Virus record (IMG/VR): IMGVR_UViG_3300032675_000009
Span: 19,314 to 83,313 of that record
DNA length: 64,000 bases
DNA from: a virus
Strand: one strand, 5' to 3'
Positions within the stretch are counted from its first letter, which is position 1; every line of letters begins with the position of its first letter. Positions 57,602 to 64,000 of this stretch are shown here, in pieces. Position numbers and translations under genes: made by a program. Under the pieces are notes generated by a model that saw nothing but the letters and a program-made list of their open reading frames with translations, did not search any database and was not told where the DNA came from.

Positions 57602-58236
57602 CGCATCCTCCGGGCCATCTCCATGTCGCTCTCAACCTCAGTGGGAAGCCCGCCCGTAACGGAGCGGGTCGCTGACTTCAATTCCGTGATGTTGATGCGG
57701 AACCGCCGGCCGTCGTGTGAAGCCACAATATCGCCGTCCGAGATAAGGTGCTCATTGGTCACCAAGCCAGCAGATCCACAATGGACCGCCGGTGTGGCTA
57801 TTATGGACTTTTTTCCGATGATGAACGCCGCGTTTAACTCGGCGGCAATCACTGCGACCAAATCATCCGGCGAATTGTACCATCCGCTGGAACTGTCTTG
57901 CGTTCCCCGAACGATCATTTCCGCGCGGTTTTCCCACTCTTGAGCAAGCGTTCCCCGGTCACCCACTGAGGGTATTGGCTGGCCGCTATCTGGCAGTGCG
58001 TCAGGAACCGGAGGAATGATTTGCCCTTTAGGGGCCTTATCGTAGGTTTCGCCGCATTCAACGCAAATGACGTAGCTTTTGCGGCTATCCGTGTTGACGT
58101 GCTGGCAGTGCGGGCACTGCCAGACGATTGGTGGTTTTTGTTCGTCGGAATCGCAGCACTCCGGCGTTGTGTCGATGCATCCATGTGGTGCATTCTCATC
58201 TTTCTCCATCCACTTCGGGCGTTTTCCCTCACTCAT
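57598..58236 (-). CDS. Hypothetical Zn-ribbon protein
   Basis: CPHC..CVEC; AGGAG RBS. Confidence 0.55.
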   Translation of the reverse strand: MSEGKRPKWMEKDENAPHGCIDTTPECCDSDEQKPPIVWQCPHCQHVNTDSRKSYVICVECGETYDKAPKGQIIPPVPDALPDSGQPIPSVGDRGTLAQEWENRAEMIVRGTQDSSSGWYNSPDDLVAVIAAELNAAFIIGKKSIIATPAVHCGSAGLVTNEHLISDGDIVASHDGRRFRINITELKSATRSVTGGLPTEVESDMEMARRMR

Positions 58237-60172
58237 CACTGTTACTCCTTTGTTGGGCAGCGGGTTGCGGATGGCAGTGCTCATGGAGTCTTCGTGAAGC
58301 TAGTTTAGAAATCAAGTAAGCCAGTTCGCCCTCGGGCCCGGCTGGAAAATCAGAGCGAACAGGATGCGCCGATCCCTCAATCCGTAACACTTTCGGCTGC
58401 TCAATGGCTGGCATGGCCTTCGGGTGAATTGGGCAATTCTGCTCACCGGTGTGCTCGTAAACCGACCGGCACAACTCACATTCGATCTTGGCAAGTTCGG
58501 AATCTACGTCTTCGCCTTGACACTGCGAACAGATGCCATCGACGTAATCGCAGCCAGTTGTCCGGCACTTGTAATTGAGTTCCTCGCGGGTCTTGCGCTT
58601 ACTCTTCGGGGTCGGACGGTATTGCTGGGTCCGTTCTCCGATCCAAAGCTTACCGGCCGCAGCGTGCTGGTTAAATCGGTCCAAGAGATCCTTGCGTTTC
58701 CATTTCAGGTGAACCGTTCCCTTCTTGAAGCATCGGATTTCAAAGTATTCCGATTCGGTGAGGGCTCCAGCTTGGGGTCCCTTGTTGATAGCAGCCCCGA
58801 CAGTGAAACACTTGTCGAATGGTTGGCCATCCAACACGCAAAGAATGCGGTCCAGGTCAGAATAAATCCTTGTGGAATCACCCGAATATTGCAGTGCAAC
58901 GCGACCGTTGTAATCCAGTCGGCAGCCCCAAGGGAATACCAGCCGTTCGTTGACCTTGTACGAATCGTTGGTCTTCCAGCCTTCGCTACGCCGGCCCTTG
59001 ATAGTGGATGGCATTACCGGCCCGGATCCGTTCTCTACTGCGTGGCTACAAAGCTCATCGAACACATTCGCAACGGACTCATCGAATAGTTTTGTTCGCG
59101 ACAGGAACACGTTCTCCAGAGTGTTCTTGATATTGTCAGCGGTGAACGGAATCGTAGCGTCGCGCTCAACGTCTTTCATGAACCGTTCCTGCTGTTTACT
59201 GTCCAGCCATCGGCCGAACTCCATCTGCGTGAAAACGCTTTTCCACGCGAGCTTGCGATGCCGCAACAGAAACTCAGCCCTGGCGGAATGAGTGTTAGAA
59301 AGCGCCATGGCCGCAATCTTCCCGAAATTATCCTCGTCGGAATAGTGGTGATCGTTGACCTTGTTCTGAGACATGTACAGGGCGGCCCGGCGCAGCTGCT
59401 CGATGCCTCTGACGAAGTGCTGGTTCGCCATGTTGTACCAATGCTCCATGTTCCCGAGGTTGTCCCGGATAGCGATGAAGTTGATGTCGTCGCCAACTTC
59501 GATGTCGTAAACCTTCTCGCTTGTGCGCTTGGCTTCGCTAGCCCACATATCGGCGGTGTCGTCCGGCGCCGTCTTCTTGAGGTACACCATGGCCACCTCA
59601 ACGTTCGTGCGCCGCTCCGCAGTGTCGAAACAGGTTCCCAGGTACTCTACTTGGCCGGCTGCGGCAATGATGTCAGTCAACCGTTTCCTATCCTCGGTGT
59701 ACGGATTGTCAATCGTCTCCCGATTGAGCAGGCAAACAATCTCTCCATTGTGCAGGAAGTCCCACGCCTTCAGGAGGTGCGCGTCCCCGTTAGAGAACGG
59801 GGGATTCATGATGATCGCGTCGTAGTAGCTTATGCCGCCGTAGTCGAGCCAGTCATAGCCCACAACGGTATACTCCTTGCTACGAAGAACCGCAGCAAGT
59901 TCCGGGTGTGGTTCGATCACGTCGATATTCACCCGGCGATTCTTGTCCTCGTACGCATAGCCATAAAAACGTTCGTGCTTATATTCAGGATGTTCTTCCT
60001 TAAACTCCTCGTAGGTTATCGGCCGCCGAATGACGTCAGCCAAGTCACCCTTGCCGGCGCTAGGCTCCAGGAAATACTTGGCGTCCTTGCTGATCTTCGC
60101 CAGCATCCGCCTCGCGAAAGCGCGTGGCGTTGGGAAGAATTCGGCGGAAAACATATTTCCGTTTCGTTGCAT
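58229..60172 (-). CDS. Class I SAM-dependent N6-adenine methyltransferase with DUF4942-like domain
   Basis: FFPTP, LEPSAGKG, MNPPF; C-terminal YFEIRCFKKGTVHL. Confidence 0.85.
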   Translation of the reverse strand: MQRNGNMFSAEFFPTPRAFARRMLAKISKDAKYFLEPSAGKGDLADVIRRPITYEEFKEEHPEYKHERFYGYAYEDKNRRVNIDVIEPHPELAAVLRSKEYTVVGYDWLDYGGISYYDAIIMNPPFSNGDAHLLKAWDFLHNGEIVCLLNRETIDNPYTEDRKRLTDIIAAAGQVEYLGTCFDTAERRTNVEVAMVYLKKTAPDDTADMWASEAKRTSEKVYDIEVGDDINFIAIRDNLGNMEHWYNMANQHFVRGIEQLRRAALYMSQNKVNDHHYSDEDNFGKIAAMALSNTHSARAEFLLRHRKLAWKSVFTQMEFGRWLDSKQQERFMKDVERDATIPFTADNIKNTLENVFLSRTKLFDESVANVFDELCSHAVENGSGPVMPSTIKGRRSEGWKTNDSYKVNERLVFPWGCRLDYNGRVALQYSGDSTRIYSDLDRILCVLDGQPFDKCFTVGAAINKGPQAGALTESEYFEIRCFKKGTVHLKWKRKDLLDRFNQHAAAGKLWIGERTQQYRPTPKSKRKTREELNYKCRTTGCDYVDGICSQCQGEDVDSELAKIECELCRSVYEHTGEQNCPIHPKAMPAIEQPKVLRIEGSAHPVRSDFPAGPEGELAYLISKLASRRLHEHCHPQPAAQQRSNSDE

Positions 60173-60222
60173 TGAATGAAAACTCCTGATCGGGCAAGTC
60201 GCCCCAAGTAAGACCGCTTCTG

Positions 60223-60251
60223 ATCTTAAACGCGAAATTCGATTGCGTCAA
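60223..60251 (-). promoter_or_regulatory. sigma70 promoter TTGACG-17-TAAGAT
   Basis: Direct match upstream of the methyltransferase. Confidence 0.6.
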
Positions 60252-60259
60252 CAAAAAAA

Positions 60260-60628
60260 TCAGAAGTGGTCAAACTTGATCGGGACCGCTTGTTGTGCCC
60301 GCACTACCCGCGCCTGGTGCTCCCGCTCTTTCGCGAGGCACGCGTGGCAATCCCAGGTTTGGTAATCGCCATCGTAGCTTAGTTCGGCGATGGGATCGCC
60401 CAGGCGCTCGCACTGGCAACATTGCACCAATCCTCGCAATGTCGCGCAGTCGGAGCAGTACCGCGAGATGCCATCTAGCGTCTCGCTGCAATCGTCGGGG
60501 TCGGGATTGTGCCGCTTGCGTGGATCGTGACCCTTCGGCCATCCATCGCACGTGGCGCGATCGCCGGGCTCGTTATCGGCGTAGTCGCGGCGCTGATCTT
60601 CGGAGAGTTGATCGAGGCTGAAGCTCAT
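60260..60628 (-). CDS. Hypothetical Cys-rich protein
   Basis: AGGAGG RBS. Confidence 0.55.
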   Translation of the reverse strand: MSFSLDQLSEDQRRDYADNEPGDRATCDGWPKGHDPRKRHNPDPDDCSETLDGISRYCSDCATLRGLVQCCQCERLGDPIAELSYDGDYQTWDCHACLAKEREHQARVVRAQQAVPIKFDHF

Positions 60629-60818
60629 GATTGCACCTCCTCGCAGATCATTGAGTACGCGTGCCCGTCCATGTCTGGATCGTAAGCGCGCCCGAATACC
60701 GCCGCGAACATCTCCCGAGCGTCAGCCTCGGTTACCTCTACATCCGAGTTCACTATCTCGATTGCTTCGTCTTTTGTCATATCGTCCTCTTTCCGTCTCG
60801 GTTTCCCTCGACTCCTTA

Positions 60819-60848
60819 AGATTAAAACAGCTAGCTGTTTTGTGTCAA
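60819..60848 (-). promoter_or_regulatory. Promoter TTGACA-18-TAATCT with perfect 18-bp palindrome (operator) in the spacer
   Basis: AAAACAGCTAGCTGTTTT at 60824-60841. Confidence 0.6.
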
Positions 60849-60867
60849 GCGAATTCTAAAAATAAAT

Positions 60868-61122
60868 TCAGGGCAGCAATTGAGCAGGCGCTCCGGGATC
60901 GTCGGGGTCAAACCGCAGCGCCTGCCGCTTGCGCCTTAGTTCGCAGGCTTTGCAATTCGCCTTTCCGCACCCGCCGCAAGTCATCGGGCGGCCGCCGGCA
61001 TTAGTCTTGCGCTTTGCCGCATTCCGCCGCGCCCATTCGGATTTGAGCGCGGCATCGGGGATGGTCCCCAACATCCAGCTTTTTCGATAATTCATTTTGC
61101 TCCAATCGCGCGGAGTGGGCAC
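60868..61122 (-). CDS. Small basic Zn-finger protein
   Basis: GGRPMTCGGCGKANCKAC; start uncertain. Confidence 0.5.
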   Translation of the reverse strand: MPTPRDWSKMNYRKSWMLGTIPDAALKSEWARRNAAKRKTNAGGRPMTCGGCGKANCKACELRRKRQALRFDPDDPGAPAQLLP

Positions 61123-61631
61123 CGCGTTGCTTTTTTCTGCCGCTCGTCGTGGGCGATCATGTTCGCTACATCCGCCGCACTGACCCAGAGGTTTCCGCGC
61201 TTGTAAGTGCTTCTAATTACGCCATCTTTCGCGAGTATGAGTATGCGCTCATGGCTCACGTTCAGGAGCTGGGCCGCCCGGTGGGCATCCATCGAATATG
61301 CGGGCTTGCGAGCCTTTACCGATTCGCGCATCTTGCGGCAGATCTCAGCCCGTTTTTTCGCTGGCACTTTCTGCCGCGCGGCGCGGCGAACGTCGGGATC
61401 GGCGCGAAGGCACCCACACGACTTCGTGAGCCCGTGGTGGTGCCCCAGTAACTGGCCGCCGGGGACACGGACGTAATTTCCGCAATCGCATTCACAGCAC
61501 CACCGCGACTTGTGCCACTTATCCGAACCAGCGTAAAAACGAACGACCAATCGGCCAAATCGGCAGCCGATCAAACTCCGCACCCTTGCTGGCATCGGAA
61601 TCGGGTCGGGCAGCACTGATTTTTTACGCAT
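61092..61631 (-). CDS. Homing-endonuclease-associated Zn domain plus excisionase-like HTH protein
   Basis: GCRFGRLVV..WCCECDCG..TKSCGC; AAQLLNVS.....K.G.I. Confidence 0.7.
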   Translation of the reverse strand: MRKKSVLPDPIPMPARVRSLIGCRFGRLVVRFYAGSDKWHKSRWCCECDCGNYVRVPGGQLLGHHHGLTKSCGCLRADPDVRRAARQKVPAKKRAEICRKMRESVKARKPAYSMDAHRAAQLLNVSHERILILAKDGVIRSTYKRGNLWVSAADVANMIAHDERQKKATRCPLRAIGAK

Positions 61632-61799
61632 TGCGCACCGCCGCGAACTTGGCCGCATTGCGCCGGCCGTTCTCGGATGCCAGCACCGGATCGGGGATGC
61701 TGGCGAGATTCCACGTGGGGCGGTACTTCATTTCCGCCGCTTTCCTTTCGGATGTTTTGGTCTGGCCGGAATATTTTTGGGCCTGTTAAGCGATGCCAT

Positions 61800-62024
61800 C
61801 TAGCGAGCCTCCCGCGTGTTCCGCGCGGTGCCGAGGCCGCGACCTTCATCCGGCGTGAAGAATAGCCGATGCTCCACATTGCCGGCGTCCATCTGATTCA
61901 TACGCATAGTGGATTCCGCTTTGCTACTGCTAGAGTATCCCGTGCTTTTCCATCCTTCGGACCGGCGCTTGCCAGTCCATCGGAATTGGATCTCATACAT
62001 TCCTTCAGGTGTTCCGTAGCTCAT
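61800..62024 (-). CDS. Hypothetical protein
   Basis: ATG 62024 with GAGG RBS. Confidence 0.45.
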   Translation of the reverse strand: MSYGTPEGMYEIQFRWTGKRRSEGWKSTGYSSSSKAESTMRMNQMDAGNVEHRLFFTPDEGRGLGTARNTREAR

Positions 62025-62279
62025 CTCGTTTAAATCCTCTCTGATGGCCTCATCAGTCCCGGCATCACCGGGAGACGCCCGAAGGCGTTTCGGCCTTATG
62101 CAACCTCCCACGGCTCCCAGCCAAAATTCCCTACGCAGCTCCAAGCGCGGCGAATGTAAGTGGTGCCCTCGAACTGCACAATGATGTCGCGCGGTGTGTT
62201 CATGTTTTCGTAAACTCGCGCCTTTTCTTGCTTGGTTGCTGCTGCTTTGATTGCTGTCAGTGTCATATCGTTAAACTCC

Positions 62280-62558
62280 TTAACAAGATGCGCCGCGTAA
62301 GTATGAGGCTAATACTATGGCGGACCGCTTCGCTGCGCGCTCTGGCGCGGTCCCAAATATCACCGCGAACCCATCGGTGCCGTCAACTCCGCAATATTGC
62401 ACGGTTTCTTGAGCTACGATGGCGTCGCGTTGCTCAACAATGGCACGCAGGGAATCGTAATTGTACGACCCGGCGGCCTTGAGTTCGGCGATTTTTTCCG
62501 CCTGAAAATTATTCAGATCTTGGATCGTGGGCAGTTTAATTATTTGGTTGTTCGTCAT
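62280..62558 (-). CDS. Hypothetical protein
   Basis: Downstream of the promoter at 62584-62612. Confidence 0.5.
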   Translation of the reverse strand: MTNNQIIKLPTIQDLNNFQAEKIAELKAAGSYNYDSLRAIVEQRDAIVAQETVQYCGVDGTDGFAVIFGTAPERAAKRSAIVLASYLRGASC

Positions 62559-62583
62559 CTCGTTTACATCCTCTCTATTAACT

Positions 62584-62612
62584 ACTTTACAGCATGGTGT
62601 TTTGTATGTCAA
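62584..62612 (-). promoter_or_regulatory. sigma70 promoter TTGACA-17-TAAAGT
   Basis: Near consensus; a copy of the dispersed motif lies 2 bp upstream of the -35. Confidence 0.6.
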
Positions 62613-62971
62613 GAGTGTCCGGATTCGGACACCTCATCCGGCACCGAAGCAGCCAACGCTGGGTTGAGGCCGCGCCGCGCCAGTTCATCACGCGCCGCTT
62701 CACTCAAGTAGAACCGTGGATTTACGGGGTGCGAAACCAGCGCCTTGAGCGTTTCCATTCCTAACCGCAGGTGCTCCATGGCTTCGGCTTCCACGATGTA
62801 GCAGTCCAGGTTGATGAGTTCGCACAGGTCGTCGATCTCAGGGTTCGTGAGGGGTTGACAATCCTCGAAGTGATCGCAACCGTCTTCGTCCTCCCCTATT
62901 CGTTCGATCTGGAACATTCGGAGGGCGTGCAGGATGGTTGCCAGTTCGCTGTCGCTCAGCTTGTGCGCCAT
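62609..62971 (-). CDS. Hypothetical protein
   Basis: Coupled ORF with GGAGG RBS. Confidence 0.6.
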   Translation of the reverse strand: MAHKLSDSELATILHALRMFQIERIGEDEDGCDHFEDCQPLTNPEIDDLCELINLDCYIVEAEAMEHLRLGMETLKALVSHPVNPRFYLSEAARDELARRGLNPALAASVPDEVSESGHS

Positions 62972-63321
62972 TATTCATTACCTCCCGTTGTGATGAAGTG
63001 CTCAACGCGCTGCTTGACTCGCTCCAGATACTCACGGGTTCCAGGGGTGAGGATATAGCCGAGACTGTCAATTACGTCACCAATGGGATTTGCAAACCCC
63101 AAAGGCCAACAATGGGAGTGAAATAAGCGATTCGCTTGTGTGTGTGTAAGTCCCATCAGTTGCCGCGCCCGTTTGGGTACATCGTAGCTAAAGCCATGCT
63201 GAAGCGCACAGTTGCCGGCGATACAGGCAACGGTCCCACACTCGGTTTCGCGGATCCAGTTGTCCATGTCTAACTCTTCGGGCTTCACGTTGACAGCCCG
63301 GCGTATCACGTCTGCGTTCAT
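62971..63321 (-). CDS. Hypothetical phage protein (CGTVACIAG motif)
   Basis: Common phage motif, AGGA RBS. Confidence 0.65.
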   Translation of the reverse strand: MNADVIRRAVNVKPEELDMDNWIRETECGTVACIAGNCALQHGFSYDVPKRARQLMGLTHTQANRLFHSHCWPLGFANPIGDVIDSLGYILTPGTREYLERVKQRVEHFITTGGNE

Positions 63322-63506
63322 ATCGTTCCTTTCTGCTGGTAAATCTCGGTCAAGTCTACGCGACGGGTTTCCCCGGCGTCGTCAATCGTATCGAAAACCG
63401 TTGCGGTGGAGTTGGGATCGCGCTGGATAGCCAGCGCTTCCCGGGCCGCCGCTTCCGCCGTGTCCGCCTTAATGTCAATCGTCCAGGTCACAAGATAATC
63501 AGGCAT
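63318..63506 (-). CDS. Hypothetical protein
   Basis: YLVTWTIDI.A.....AAREAL..QRDP.S.ATVF pattern. Confidence 0.6.
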   Translation of the reverse strand: MPDYLVTWTIDIKADTAEAAAREALAIQRDPNSTATVFDTIDDAGETRRVDLTEIYQQKGTI

Positions 63507-63568
63507 AGGTGACCTCGCTCACTTCGTCCGTAGCGGGAAGCCCAATCTGATCGAATTGCTTGCCTGGC

Positions 63569-64000
63569 TTAGGCATTCGTAACCTCCGGATTCAAGATCT
63601 TGCCTTGTTCCGGGTAAAGTTCCATCCACGCGGCGGCGAGTTCGATGTAGAGCGCGTACTCTTTGATCTGATCGGCAGTGTAGGACTGGCTTCTGCCGAC
63701 TGCCTTGTAATGTTTTCGCCACCAGGCAATGTCATGCTTCATACAGCCGATTTGAAGAACGTTACTGGATGGAATCACAACCAAGTGCTTCGTGCCAGAT
63801 ATGTAAAGCGGATTGATCGTCCAGTTGGCCCCATCCCCGATGCTGGCCGACTCCCCGATGCTGGCCGACTCCCCGATGCTGGCCGACTCCCCGATGCTGG
63901 CCGACTCCCCGATGCTGGCCCCCTTCCCGATGTTGGCCCCCTCCCCGATGCTGGCCCCATCCCCGATGCTGGCCGACTCCCCGATGCTGGCCGACTCCCC
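63569..64000 (-). CDS. Hexapeptide-repeat (left-handed beta-helix-like) protein, 5' truncated
   Basis: 18-bp tandem repeats at 63826-64000 encode (GESASI)n in frame with the LQIGC..H...W C-domain. Confidence 0.75.
   Translation of the reverse strand, partial: GESASIGESASIGDGASIGEGANIGKGASIGESASIGESASIGESASIGESASIGDGANWTINPLYISGTKHLVVIPSSNVLQIGCMKHDIAWWRKHYKAVGRSQSYTADQIKEYALYIELAAAWMELYPEQGKILNPEVTNA

Larger units (their letters stand above)
5757..62632. repeat. Dispersed near-palindromic 16-18 bp motif ATGTCCG(G/A)AT(T/C)CGGACAT, about 16 copies
   Basis: Exact 14-bp core GTCCGGATTCGGAC (either strand) in 18-mers starting at 5757, 12526, 23034, 26695, 31413, 32001, 36058, 36248, 39703, 47288, 55945, 62615; variants at 9019, 23853, 50505, 52869. 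Confidence 0.92.

Noticed and set aside
63826-64000. Non-coding satellite or CRISPR
   Set aside because: 18-bp units are in frame with a hexapeptide-repeat protein.

Overview
The whole window reads as part of a tailed dsDNA phage genome of podovirus (P22-like) type. The host is probably a diderm, inferred from an outer-membrane beta-barrel-like gene and signal peptides. From ~1 to 35.5 kb the + strand carries the late module: terminase C-terminus, portal, scaffold, major capsid, adaptors, nozzle, tailspikes/fibres, a GNAT protein and ejection proteins, plus a tRNA-Met(CAT) island with micro-ORFs. From ~35.6 to 64 kb the - strand carries early/middle genes: Tad1-like anti-defence sponge, RusA, HNH nucleases, methyltransferases, DnaB, a replication initiator with iterons, SF2 helicase, PD-(D/E)XK exonuclease plus RecT-like protein, ECF sigma factor and repeat proteins. 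No integrase, repressor, CRISPR array or reverse transcriptase is recognisable. The strongest unexplained signals are: (1) a near-palindromic 16-18 bp site, ATGTCCG(G/A)AT(T/C)CGGACAT, dispersed about 16 times through coding and non-coding DNA in different reading frames; (2) a non-coding GCGGCA-anchored, 5-nt-periodic repeat array near a gene resembling Nop/IS110/TasA RNA-binding proteins; (3) two independently transcribed 15-16 aa ultra-basic micropeptides and a pseudoknotted RNA candidate beside an atypical initiator tRNA; (4) a methyltransferase frameshifted at a G10 tract. All product calls come from motif recognition by eye; no database searches were run.
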